DNA of 64,000 nucleotides from an uncultured Candidatus Binatia bacterium. GTDB lineage: Bacteria; Desulfobacterota; Binatia; UBA9968; JAJDTQ01. Shown piece after piece: positions 9,747 to 19,522 of this stretch; within the stretch, counting starts at the first letter, position 1; each line of letters opens with the position of its first letter. The stretch is from assembly GCA_965242525.1 (NCBI GenBank), contig OZ251459.1:2400001-2464000 (forward strand). Reading direction: 5' to 3'. The translations under genes were made by a program, and so were the position numbers. The notes beneath the pieces were generated by a model, which had not been told where the DNA came from, made no database searches, and worked only from the letters and a program-made list of their open reading frames with translations.

Positions 9747-10052
9747 ATGGGAGCTTTGGCGACAGACCCGAAAGCGGTGGCGTTGCTCGCAGGGTTGGTA
9801 CGCGCCTTCCGGGCGGGCGACGTGGAGATGCGCTTCGACGAGGCGGACCGTGCAGTCCTGGACACGCTGTCCGCGGAAGGACTGGTGGACCTCTCCAACG
9901 ACGGCTTCCGTCTGACCGGGACCGCAGGCTCCTATGCGGTGCGGTCCCCGGTCCCGCCGGTCACCTCCAAGGGGGTCCTCTACCTGGAGCGCCTCCCCAT
10001 CGACGAGTTCGCGGACCGACCGGGCCTGTTCCGGTTCCTGGGCTGGCTGTAG
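9747..10052 (+). CDS. Hypothetical protein
   Basis: Protein-like composition, same strand as neighbours; start uncertain. Confidence 0.5.
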   Translation: MGALATDPKAVALLAGLVRAFRAGDVEMRFDEADRAVLDTLSAEGLVDLSNDGFRLTGTAGSYAVRSPVPPVTSKGVLYLERLPIDEFADRPGLFRFLGWL

Positions 10053-10078
10053 GCTGGCCGTAATACGGCAGGGACGCC

Positions 10079-11792
10079 ATGAAAGAGAGGCGCGCGACCG
10101 ACGAAGCCCCGTTTCGGCCCGCGGCAATGCCGGCGCCGCGGGACGGGGACCGGCCCACGGTCCATGCCGACCGTGTCGGTGAGTGGTATGCCGCGGGGAA
10201 GTCCGACGAGCACAAGAAGGGTCACGGCCTCTACCTGACGCCTGTCCGCGTGGCCGACTTCATGGCCGAGCGGATTCGAGTGACCGGAGCGAGAGGCCGC
10301 ATCCTCGACCCGGCCGCGGGCGCCGGCATCCTGTGTTGCGCCGCGGTGGAAGCGTTGGCCTCCCGGGATCCCGGGCCGGAGGCCATCGAGTTGGTTGCCC
10401 ATGATGTCGATGAGGACCTGGTCCCGCCGTTGCGCGGAGTCCTGGGCCATCTTGCCGACTGGTGCCGCCGCCAACATGGGGTGACCGTGACCGTCCGTGT
10501 CGAACCCGGTGATTTCGTCATGGCGCATGCCGAGGCGTTGCGGCTGTTCGGGGGGGTTCCTGCCCTATCGGTTCGAGGAGCAGGGCTTCGACGCGGTGAT
10601 CTCCAACCCGCCCTATTTCAAGATCGGCAAGGGTGACCCGCGGGCGGCCGCGGCATCCACCGTGGTCCACGGTCAGCCGAACATCTACGCTCTTTTCATG
10701 GCGGTAGGCGCCGCGCTTCTGCGCAGGCAGGGGCGTTTCGTCTCCATCACGCCGCGCAGCTTCGCATCCGGCCCTTACTTCCGACGGTTCCGCACCACTT
10801 TCTTCGACCTGGTCCGGCCGGTGGAGGTCCACGTGTTCGGGTCCCGGCGGGACACTTTCGGCCGGGACGAGGTGTTGCAGGAAAACGTGATCCTGTCGGG
10901 CATCCGTCAGGACTACCGCGGCCGGGACGGCGCCGAAAGGCGGCTGGTCCTTTCGTCGAGCCGGGGGGTCCGCGACATCAGAGAACCCGACCGCCGTGAG
11001 GTTCCGTTGGACTTGGCCCTGGATTCCGCTTCCGCGGACAGGGTGCTCCGGTTGCCGCTCTGCGACGAGGATGAAGAAGCGCTGGCGTTGGTGGATTCGT
11101 GGCCGAGCAGCCTTCGCGCCCTGGGGTTGAACGTCTCCACCGGCCCGGTGGCGCCGTTTCGTGCAACGGAGTTCGTCTGCACGGAGGGCAGGGCGCCGAC
11201 GAGCCACGCGCCGCTCCTGTGGATGAACCATGTGCGCGCCATGAAGGTCACGTGGCCGCTCGCGGGGCACAAGCCCGAATACATCAGGCGGTCCGGCGCC
11301 AAGGCGCTGCTGACCCCCAGCCGGAACTACGTTCTCCTGCGTCGGTTCAGCGCCAAGGAAGAGGCGCGTCGGCTGACCGCGGCTCCGTACATCGCGGCGG
11401 ATTTCGGGGTCCCGGACGTAGGGTTCGAGAACCATCTCAACTACGTCCACCGACCGGGCGGCGCCCTCTCCGAAGACGAATCCTGGGGTTTGGCGGCACT
11501 CTACAACAGCCGTCTTCTGGACACCTGGTTCCGCACGGTCAACGGCAACACTCAAGTGAGCGCCACCGAGTTGCGCGCGATGCCGCTTCCGGCCCACGAG
11601 ACGATCATCGCCCTCGGCCGACGGTCAAGGCGGCTTGCCGACCCCATGAAGGATCTGGATGCGCTCGTCACGGACACGGTGGTCCGTACCGGTCGGGAAG
11701 GGGAAGCGGGGTGCTTTCCGGGTGCTCGGCCGGACTGGCGCGGGTCAGTGCGTTTCCGGATTTCGGAGAACTCCGGAAGCGCTCGAAGGTGA
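10079..11792 (+). pseudogene. BsuBI/PstI/Eco57I-type N6-adenine DNA methyltransferase, frameshifted at a G7 tract (10550-10556)
   Basis: GLYLTP and ILDPAAGAG in 10079..10636; NPPY, PNIYALF, STGPV, FENHLNY, NGNTQVSATEL in the +1 frame; removing one G restores LFGGFLPY. Confidence 0.8.
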
Positions 11793-11803
11793 CCGCAGGC
11801 GCG

Positions 11804-12811
11804 TCACCGGGCGTCGTCGGACCCGTCCTCGTCGGATTCCGGGACCCATCCTTCGCCGAATTCGTCGGATTCCCGGAAGCCTTCCGTGCGCCACTCGTCG
11901 ATGAGTTGCCGGACGGGTATCTTGCGCCGCATGAGGCCCTTCATCAGGTCCTTGTACAGGGGCGCCACGGGGGTCTGGGCGTTGATGGGGCAGACCGTCA
12001 GACAGACCTTGCAGCCCTCGTACTCCTCAAAGAACGGGCGGCACGTGGGAGTGTCCACGTGCCAGCGCACGGCGCCGAACACCTCCTGTTTCCTGGGTAC
12101 GATGGAGTCTCCGGGGCAGAAGTTCGTGCACGCGTTGCAGCGCAGGCAGAAGTCGTCGAAGCCGTAGTCGGCCGGCTTCGCCTCCGCGACCAGGGGCATC
12201 TCCGTGGTGACCGCGCCGAGACGCACGCTCGGACCGAACTTCTTGGTGATGAGGGAGCCGTGGCGGCCGAGCTCGCCGAGGCCGGCCTTCCAGGCCACCG
12301 GAATGAAGAGCAGGTCGCCTTCGTTGGGGTATCCCACCGCGTGGTAGCCGTAGGCGCGGATGTACTGGGCCAGCCGCACGGAAACGTCGGACAACAGGTA
12401 ATAGACCTTGTGCACTTCCATCTGCGCCAACGGGCCCAGCCGCTTCATCTCCACGAAATCCATGTGGATGGCGAAGACCATGGCCACCTTGTGCCCCTCG
12501 GGCGCCCGGGCGCCGCGCACGAAGTCGAACTCGTCGATGGGGGCCACGCCCACGAGGTCGGCCCCCATGTCCAGGGCCGCCTTCTTGAAGGTGCGGGTGA
12601 CCCCCGCCCAGTCGCCGGTCTCCAGGCGGTCGGGGTTCACCGGGCCGTCGTGCAGCTTGCGGCGGTCGTGGTCCTCCCGCATGAACATGAACCGCCGCGT
12701 CTGCGGATGGCGCCTGGCCTTGGTGGTCGCGCCCTTCTTCTTGTCGGGGAACGGCCATTGCTTGACCGCCTGCTCCCGACGCTCCGTGAACAGGATGCCG
12801 CTGGGTTCCAT
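11804..12811 (-). CDS. QueG/reductive-dehalogenase-like 4Fe-4S dicluster protein
   Basis: GADLVG, AGLGELGRHGSLITKKFGPSVRLGAVTT, FCLRCNACTNFCP, C...CKVCLTVCP. Confidence 0.8.
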   Translation of the reverse strand: MEPSGILFTERREQAVKQWPFPDKKKGATTKARRHPQTRRFMFMREDHDRRKLHDGPVNPDRLETGDWAGVTRTFKKAALDMGADLVGVAPIDEFDFVRGARAPEGHKVAMVFAIHMDFVEMKRLGPLAQMEVHKVYYLLSDVSVRLAQYIRAYGYHAVGYPNEGDLLFIPVAWKAGLGELGRHGSLITKKFGPSVRLGAVTTEMPLVAEAKPADYGFDDFCLRCNACTNFCPGDSIVPRKQEVFGAVRWHVDTPTCRPFFEEYEGCKVCLTVCPINAQTPVAPLYKDLMKGLMRRKIPVRQLIDEWRTEGFRESDEFGEGWVPESDEDGSDDAR

Positions 12812-12965
12812 GGATCGTCCCTCCCCCTGCGTTGGCGCAACCGGACCGGCTTCAGACTCGCGACGACACGGATCTTACCAGACCGGCCCCGCGGATTCCA
12901 CGGGATTCATGGTCCGCCAAGTCCACCGTCGAAGACGGGAGGACCTTGTTGGAGCCCGCATGAAA

Positions 12966-13106
12966 GGAACCTCGGAACAATCGGGACAGGGGACATGAGC
13001 GCGTCCTTCGACTTCGCTCCGCTACGCTCAGGACGAACGGAGATAGGGGCGTCAGGATGAGGGAATCGGGAATCCATCCCGGATGTCTCGATTGTTCAGG
13101 GGTTCC
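12966..13106 (-). mobile_element. MITE copy (141 bp), TSD GAAA
   Basis: GGAACCTCGGAACAATCG...CGATTGTTCAGGGGTTCC flanked by GAAA on both sides. Confidence 0.85.
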
Positions 13107-13240
13107 GAAAGCGGGTCGAGACGGTGGTTGCGTCCTCCTGCGGTCCCTGTCCCGGCGCCGGGCAGTCCGTTGGTACGCGGCCCGCCCTTGTGTTGTCCAG
13201 TCGGCTTCACTACGGTGCGGAATGACCGACATCGACATCG

Positions 13241-13381
13241 GGAACCTCTGAACAATCGGGACAGGGGGCATGAGCGGGTCCTTCGACTTCGCTACGCTAC
13301 GCTCAGGACGAACGGGGACAGGGGCGTCAGGATGCGGGAATCGGGAATCCATCCCGGATGTCTCGATTGTTCAGAGGTTCC
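13241..13381 (-). mobile_element. MITE copy (141 bp), TSD ATCG
   Basis: Perfect TIR GGAACCTCTGAACAATCG / CGATTGTTCAGAGGTTCC flanked by ATCG. Confidence 0.88.
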
Positions 13382-13423
13382 ATCGGTTCGTGCGCGGCCG
13401 CAGCGGCCGGGAGGAGTACTGAG

Positions 13424-15115
13424 ATGCAGACGACAGCGGGACATGCGGTGGCCGAAGTCCTGGCGCAGCTCGGCGTCCGCAAGGTGATGGGCGTCGTGGG
13501 GTCGTGCATGCTGGAGATCCTCGACGGCATGTATGGCCGGGACGACATCGGCTTCCTGTCCACCCGCCACGAGCAGGCCGCGGCCCTCATGGCGGACGGC
13601 TACGCCAGGGTCGCCGGCCGTCCGGGCGTGTGCATCGCCACCAACGGTCCGGGCGCCACCAACCTGTTGACCGGCGTGGCCAACGCCTTCCACGCACAGA
13701 GTCCGGTGCTGGTCATCACCGGCGCGCCCATGATGAAGGACATGTTCCGCGATTCGAGCCAGGAGATCGACCAGCAGGCCCTGTTCCGGCCCGTGGTCAA
13801 ATGGTCGGTGCAGGTGCGCAAGCCCGAGCTGGCCGCGGCCCTGACGCGGGAAGCCTACGAGCGGACCGTGGCGGGAATCCCCGGACCCGTGCACCTGGAC
13901 CTTCCGCGGGACGTGCTGAACGAGAGCGTCGAAGCGCCGGACCTGGGCCGCCTGCTGCGGGGCCAAGTGGCGGCGCCGGCCCCCGACGCCCGGTCCGTGG
14001 CCGCGGCCGCGGGTCTGCTGGAGAAGGCCCGGCGCCCGTTGCTGCTGGCCGGCGGCGGGGTGCTCTGGAGCCGGGCGAGCGACGAGCTCGTGGCCCTGTC
14101 GAAGCGGCTCGACGCGCCGGTGATGTGCTCCACCGGCAGGGACGACGTGGCGCCGCATTCGTATCCGCTGTACCTCGGCGCCATCGGGCGCGGGGCCCTG
14201 CCCGAGGCCCGGGCGCTGTTCGAGGAGGCGGACCTGGTGCTCGCGGTGGGCGCCAGCCTGGGCCACCTGACCACGTTCTGGCGCCCGGACTTCTTCGCCC
14301 CCAGGACGAAACTGGTCCACGCGGCCCAGGACCGGAGCAACATCGGCCGGGTCTATCCGGTGGAGGTGGGCATCCACGCCGAGGCCCGGGCCGTGCTCAC
14401 GGCCCTGTCGAAGGCGGTGAAGCGGAAAGGGGGCGACCGGCCGGGCTGGCTGAGGAAGGCGGCCAGGGTGCGGGCGGCGCAGGAGGCCCATCGGGACCGG
14501 GCGTCCCGTTACGACGGCCGCCCCATCGACCCCCGGCGCGCCCACGCGGCGCTGCGCAAGGTCTTGCCCAGGGACGCCATCATCGCCATCGACGCAGGCG
14601 TGGGTCCCGGTTACGTGTACGAGTACCAGACCTTCGAGCTTCCCGGGAGCCTGCTGGCGCCCCAGGGACTCGCGGCCATCGGCGTCGGCTATCCCGTGGG
14701 GCTCGGGGCCAAGCTCGCCGCGCCCCGGCGTCCGGTGGTCACCGTCAGCGGCGACGGCTCGTTCCTCTACAACGGCGCCGAACTGGAGACGGCCGTGCGC
14801 GAAGGCATCCCCACCACCTGCATCATCCTGAACAACTTCAACTACGCCTCCGAGCGCGCCTACCAGAAGTACTACTACGACGGGCGTTACATCGGCGACG
14901 CCATCGGCAACCCGCCCTTCGACGAGTACGCGCAGGTCTTCGGAGCCGCCGGCCTCAAGGTCACCGATCCCGGGGAACTCGAAGACGCGTTCGCCGAAGC
15001 CCTCCGGCTGGGCCGGACCCAGCCCGTGCTGGTGGACGTCCTGTGCACTCCCGACGTCTTCCCCGAGCCCCGGCGCAAGGAGACCGTGAAGGCGGAACGG
15101 CTGCGGCAGGCGTGA
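13424..15115 (+). CDS. Thiamine pyrophosphate-binding enzyme (acetolactate synthase/Xsc-like)
   Basis: RHEQAAALMADGYAR, TNGPGATN, GPVHLDLP, GDGSF...ILNN TPP motif. Confidence 0.9.
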   Translation: MQTTAGHAVAEVLAQLGVRKVMGVVGSCMLEILDGMYGRDDIGFLSTRHEQAAALMADGYARVAGRPGVCIATNGPGATNLLTGVANAFHAQSPVLVITGAPMMKDMFRDSSQEIDQQALFRPVVKWSVQVRKPELAAALTREAYERTVAGIPGPVHLDLPRDVLNESVEAPDLGRLLRGQVAAPAPDARSVAAAAGLLEKARRPLLLAGGGVLWSRASDELVALSKRLDAPVMCSTGRDDVAPHSYPLYLGAIGRGALPEARALFEEADLVLAVGASLGHLTTFWRPDFFAPRTKLVHAAQDRSNIGRVYPVEVGIHAEARAVLTALSKAVKRKGGDRPGWLRKAARVRAAQEAHRDRASRYDGRPIDPRRAHAALRKVLPRDAIIAIDAGVGPGYVYEYQTFELPGSLLAPQGLAAIGVGYPVGLGAKLAAPRRPVVTVSGDGSFLYNGAELETAVREGIPTTCIILNNFNYASERAYQKYYYDGRYIGDAIGNPPFDEYAQVFGAAGLKVTDPGELEDAFAEALRLGRTQPVLVDVLCTPDVFPEPRRKETVKAERLRQA

Positions 15116-15146
15116 TGTGTCCGGCAAGCGAGCGTGAGGAGCGTCC

Positions 15147-15372
15147 GGACAATCGGGACATGGAGGATGGATTCCCTCACCCCGACCCTCCTGTCCCCGT
15201 TCGTCCTGAGCGTAGCGAAGCGAAGTCCCCCGTTCATCCTGAGCGTAGCGAAGCGGAGTCCCCCCGTTCATCCTGAGCGTAGCGAAGCGGAGTCGAAGGA
15301 CGAGATCATGCCCCCTGCCTGACCCGTTCTGCGGATCTGGCAAAGTGGATTCCCGCTTTCGCGGGAATGACG
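15147..15372. repeat. Degenerate MITE body with three tandem REP-like units plus a family B repeat
   Basis: CCGTTC(G/A)TCCTGAGCGTAGCGAAGCG three times at about 15197-15302; TGGATTCCCGCTTTCGCGGGAATGAC at about 15346-15371. Confidence 0.75.
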
Positions 15373-15481
15373 AGGTAGGGCTTTCGCAGGAATTCGCGTG
15401 GGAGGGGAGTGTCGCAACCTACACGAAATCCTGAAGCGCCCCTGATCGTTCAGGGTCTCCATGAATGATCTGGCGGACTCG

Positions 15482-16300
15482 TCAGTCGGTGATCTCGAAG
15501 CGCAGCAACTCGGCCGGCGTCTTGTAGTAGGCTTCGCGGCAGTCGGCTTCGGACGCGTACCGGCCGGGTTGCATCCGGCGGGCGCGCAGCGAGACCCGGA
15601 GCGGTGATGCGTCGAAGGGGTAGGGCGCCATCTTCACGGAACCGTCGGCGTTGGGCGTGAGGCGCAACTCGACGGCGTCGTCGGGGGCGTAGCCCGCGGG
15701 GATGGGCGCCAGGCGCTCTTCCTCGAACCCGCGTTCGCCGTAACCGTCGCAGCAGAAGTAGAGCGACAGCAGGTCGAAGACCTGGAGCAGACGGTAGTTG
15801 ACCCACAACTCGTCCTCGAAACGCGGGTCGGCGGCAGCGAGGGAACTCTTGTCGCGGCGCTGACGGTCCTCGAGCTCTTCGAGCACGGCCTTGACCCCGG
15901 CGCTGAGTTCCCGCGCCCGCGGCCGGGGGCTCGTCAGCACCTGGTAGCGGCCGAGCCACAAGCCGGTGCGGTGCATGGACACCAGGACGCCGGCGTAGAG
16001 GTCGTGGCCGCGGACCCATTCCACGTTTCGCCGGTAGGCTTGCAGTTCCACGTCCTCGAACGAAGGGATGGTCTCCCGGTGCCCGTACGGCCGGCCCTTC
16101 TCCACGTTCATGCGCGGCGCCCATTCCCATTCCCGGTAGCCGCTGTCATGGTGCGTGGTGGCGAAGACCATGGTGTCGTAGGGCCGGAGCCGCGCGAACC
16201 GACGGTTGCCCCAATGGGCCGCGAACTGCGCCGACAGGTCGGCGTGCTCCTCCTGGGTGCTCACGAAGGTCGAGCCGTCATCGACTTCACGTATGACCAT
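15482..16300 (-). CDS. DUF3891 family protein
   Basis: TQEEHADLSAQFAAHWG, HHDSGY, LVSMH, LQVFDLLSLYFC, PYPF. Confidence 0.75.
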   Translation of the reverse strand: MVIREVDDGSTFVSTQEEHADLSAQFAAHWGNRRFARLRPYDTMVFATTHHDSGYREWEWAPRMNVEKGRPYGHRETIPSFEDVELQAYRRNVEWVRGHDLYAGVLVSMHRTGLWLGRYQVLTSPRPRARELSAGVKAVLEELEDRQRRDKSSLAAADPRFEDELWVNYRLLQVFDLLSLYFCCDGYGERGFEEERLAPIPAGYAPDDAVELRLTPNADGSVKMAPYPFDASPLRVSLRARRMQPGRYASEADCREAYYKTPAELLRFEITD

Positions 16301-16362
16301 GGCGTGCCTCCTCTGCCTGTGGACTGCCTTCTTCCCATTTCAGACTGCTTGCGGCGAGTCAA

Positions 16363-16520
16363 GGAACCTTGAACAACCGGGAGGGGCATGAGCGCGTCCT
16401 TCGACTTCGCTACGCTACGCTCAGGACGAACGGGAGGCTACGCTACGCTCAGGACGAACGGGGACAGGAGGGTCAGGGTACGGGAGTCCATCCTGGATGT
16501 CTCGATGGTTCAGAGGTTCC
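16363..16520 (-). mobile_element. MITE copy (158 bp, internal REP duplicated), TSD TCAA
   Basis: GGAACCTTGAACAA...GATGGTTCAGAGGTTCC flanked by TCAA. Confidence 0.83.
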
Positions 16521-16584
16521 TCAAGGGGAGTTGCCCTCCCTGCCCGATGGTTCGTGACCCTCGTCCGCCGCGGTCGTCGCGGCC

Positions 16585-16983
16585 TCAATAGATTCCCTTT
16601 GCGCGCTGGAGCGCACGGATGTAGGCGGTGATCTTCTCCACGTCGTCCGGGGAGACACCCGGGACCGGGGGCATGTTGCCGAAACGCCAGTGGTGTTGCC
16701 GCACGCCGTTCCGCACCGCGGCCTGGAACGCCCGGTCCGGGTGATGGTTGGGTTCGTAGAAGACGTGGACGAGCGGGGGGCCGATGCCGGTGCCCCTTGC
16801 TTCCCTGCCGTGGCAGGTCTGGCAATGGACGGCGAAGAGGCGGGCGCCGGCCTTCAACGACGCCGGCATCGGGGCGCCGGCGCCCGGTCCCTCTCCGTCC
16901 CCCGCGGTCCGATACCCCCACCACACCCCGACGCCCAGCGCCGCGGCAAGGAGCACGGCCGCCATCCACACCTGTCGTTTCAT
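16585..16983 (-). CDS. Monoheme c-type cytochrome
   Basis: Signal/TM segment, CQTCH, GPPLVH..YEPNHH, HHWRFGNMP; GGAGG RBS. Confidence 0.88.
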   Translation of the reverse strand: MKRQVWMAAVLLAAALGVGVWWGYRTAGDGEGPGAGAPMPASLKAGARLFAVHCQTCHGREARGTGIGPPLVHVFYEPNHHPDRAFQAAVRNGVRQHHWRFGNMPPVPGVSPDDVEKITAYIRALQRAKGIY

Positions 16984-17059
16984 CTCGCCTCCTCCGTACC
17001 CGTCCATGCTGGACTGCGCCGCGTTGATGCCTCCGTATCCGTCCGCTCGACCCGGTCGA

Positions 17060-17308
17060 GGAACCCCTGAACCACCGAGACATCCAGGATGGACTCCCTC
17101 ACCCTGACCATCCTGTCCCCGTTCGTCCTGAGCGTAGCGAGCGAAGTCCCCCCGTTCATCCTGAACGTAGCGAAGCGGAGTCCTCCCGTTCGTCCTGAGC
17201 GTAGCGTAGCGAAGTCCCCCCATTCATCCTGAGCGTAGCGAAGCGGAGTCGAAGGACGCGCTTTCCCGCAGGGAGGGGGAAGTCGAGCCGGAACGGATCA
17301 GACGTTCC
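17060..17308 (+). repeat. Expanded MITE-like element with four tandem REP-like units
   Basis: Starts GGAACCCCTGAAC; internal CCGTTCGTCCTGAGCGTAGCG units at about 17118-17261; right end degenerate. Confidence 0.7.
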
Positions 17309-17534
17309 TTCATACCACACGCGCCGGCGCCGGTCAGTCACCGGGGCGCCCGGAGTCCGGCCAACGGCTCGCTGGTCCTGCCGGGCAAAAGGTTCGAGGG
17401 CTTGACAGACGCCATGCTCATGGAGCAGAGGGAGTGGTTGCAGCGGCGCGAGGCCGGGCGGACACCATGGACGGGGTGCGCGCCGTCTGCGAGGCGGCCA
17501 ACGCCGGGCGCGGCCCGGACCGGAAGGAGTTTGC

Positions 17535-18680
17535 GTGAGCGAGGCATCGATCATGAGGACGGACGTGGTGGGCAGCCTGCTGCGTCCGGAGAGGCTCAAG
17601 CGCGCCCGGCGCCGTTTCGACGCCGGCGAGACCGGCGCAGGAGAGTTGCGCGCGGTGGAGGACGAGTGCATCCGGGAAGCGGTCCGGATGCAGGAGGCCG
17701 CGGGCCTCGGCGTGGTCACCGACGGGGAGTTCCGCCGGTTGAACTTCCAGGACAGTTTCGGCGCCTGCGTCGAGGGCTTTCGTTCCGTGGCGCCGCGCAT
17801 GGAGATCCTGGAGGACCAGGCCCGGCACGGCAAGGCGCTGCAGCGCTGGGACGTCCGGCGCGACGCCGCGGCCGGCGTGCCCGTGTGGCACCGGCTGCCC
17901 GCGGCCGAGCGGCTGCGTCTCGTCCGCAACCTCCCCCTCGACGAGTACCGCTACGTCAGCACCGTGGCGCAGGCTCCCGCCAAGGTCACGCTCATCGGCC
18001 CCGACCGCATCAGCCAGCGGTTCGACCACGAAGGCTCGCGGGACGTCTACGCCACCCCCGAGGAGTTCCTCGACCATGTGGTGGCCATCGAGAAGGCCAT
18101 GGTGGCGAGCCTGGTGGAGGCGGGCTGCGGCTACGTCCAGATCGACGCGCCCGGGTACACGGCCTACGTGGACGAGCCGTCCCTGGAAGCCATGAGGCAG
18201 CGGGGCGAAGACCCGGACGCGAACCTGGAGCGCTCCATCGCGGCCGACAACCGGCTCCTCGAAGCCTTTGGCGGCGCGGTGTCCGGCATCCATCTCTGCC
18301 GGGGCAACCAGCGCAGCATGTGGCACCGGGAGGGCTCCTACGACGCGGTGGCGGAGCGGCTGTTCTCCGGGCTGAAGCACCGGCGGCTGCTGCTCGAGTA
18401 CGACTCGGAACGCGCGGGCGGGTTCGAACCGCTGCGGTTCGTCCCCAGGGGGACGGTGGTGGTGCTGGGACTGGTCAGCACCAAGACGCCGGAACTGGAG
18501 GGCGTGGACCGCCTCAAGCGGCGCATCGACGACGCGGCCCGGTTCCTGCCGCTGGAGCAGTTGGCCGTCAGCCCCCAGTGCGGGTTTTCTTCCGACGTGG
18601 TGGGCAACCTGTTGACCGAAGACGACCAGAAGCGGAAGCTCCACCGGGTGGCGGAGACGGCGAGGCAGGTATGGGGCTGA
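17535..18680 (+). CDS. Cobalamin-independent methionine synthase II family protein
   Basis: VVGSLLRP, VTDGEFRR, QIDAP, HLCRGN, LEYD, LGLVSTK, SPQCGF. Confidence 0.9.
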   Translation: MSEASIMRTDVVGSLLRPERLKRARRRFDAGETGAGELRAVEDECIREAVRMQEAAGLGVVTDGEFRRLNFQDSFGACVEGFRSVAPRMEILEDQARHGKALQRWDVRRDAAAGVPVWHRLPAAERLRLVRNLPLDEYRYVSTVAQAPAKVTLIGPDRISQRFDHEGSRDVYATPEEFLDHVVAIEKAMVASLVEAGCGYVQIDAPGYTAYVDEPSLEAMRQRGEDPDANLERSIAADNRLLEAFGGAVSGIHLCRGNQRSMWHREGSYDAVAERLFSGLKHRRLLLEYDSERAGGFEPLRFVPRGTVVVLGLVSTKTPELEGVDRLKRRIDDAARFLPLEQLAVSPQCGFSSDVVGNLLTEDDQKRKLHRVAETARQVWG

Positions 18681-18702
18681 CCCGCGGGCGGGGGTGGAGG
18701 CC

Positions 18703-19287
18703 ATGAGCGACCCGGCGGCCTTTCCGAGCTTCGTGGACGGCCGTGTGACCGTCAAGGTCGGAGACATCACCCGAGAGGCGGTGGACGCGGTGGTCAACGC
18801 GGCCAACGGCGCGCTCATGGGCGGGGGCGGCGTGGACGGGGCCATCCACCGGGCGGGCGGCCCGGCCATCCTGGAGGAATGCAGGGCCATCCGGGCCGCG
18901 AGGTATCCGGACGGCCTTCCCGCGGGCGAGGCGGTCCTGACCACCGCCGGAAACATGCCCGCGCGCCACGTGATCCACACGGTGGGGCCGGTGTACGGAC
19001 GCGGCGGCCCGGACAAGGCGGAGAAGCTCGCCCGGTGCTACCGCAACTCCCTGGCCCTGGCCGCGGCCCACGGACTGGCCACGGTGGCCTTCCCGGCCAT
19101 CTCCACCGGCGTGTACGGCTATCCCCCGGACGAGGCGGCCGCGGTGTCGTCCGGGGCCATCCGGCAGGCCCTCGGCTCCAGCCCTTCCATCACGGAAGTC
19201 CGGCTGGTGTTCTTTGCGCCCGGCGACGCGGACGAGTTCCTGCGCTGCCACGCCTTCGACGAAGGCCGCGGGGACCCGTCCAGGTAG
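18703..19287 (+). CDS. ymdB: Macro domain O-acetyl-ADP-ribose deacetylase (YmdB-like)
   Basis: GDIT, VNAAN..LMGGGGVDGAIHRAGG, VIHTVGP, AFPAISTGVYGYP. Confidence 0.9.
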   Translation: MSDPAAFPSFVDGRVTVKVGDITREAVDAVVNAANGALMGGGGVDGAIHRAGGPAILEECRAIRAARYPDGLPAGEAVLTTAGNMPARHVIHTVGPVYGRGGPDKAEKLARCYRNSLALAAAHGLATVAFPAISTGVYGYPPDEAAAVSSGAIRQALGSSPSITEVRLVFFAPGDADEFLRCHAFDEGRGDPSR

Positions 19288-19522
19288 GCGGACCGTAGCA
19301 GGAGACAGGGGAAAGCCCCGGGGGTCGGGGCGGTCCGGTGGACCGCGGCATGGGGCCGGCCGGGGCGCGGATCCGGGCCCTCGGGCGGCCTTTCGGAAGG
19401 CAAATCCGGCCCGAAAAGTCAAGCCTGGGGACCGGGATTCATGGGTTGACCCCTCACTTGCGATGTTCTAAAGGTGGCTACTCCGAAACGCACCGGAAGA
19501 GGAACGACAAGAGGAACGACGT

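Noticed and set aside
15197-17261. Tandem CCGTTCGTCCTGAGCGTAGCG units as a CRISPR array
   Set aside because: Units are head-to-tail without unique spacers and are dispersed across the window in both orientations, so they are REP/MITE repeats.
17310-17535. Cobalamin or SAM riboswitch upstream of the MetE-like gene
   Set aside because: No recognisable B12-box or SAM consensus by eye; an Rfam scan would be needed.
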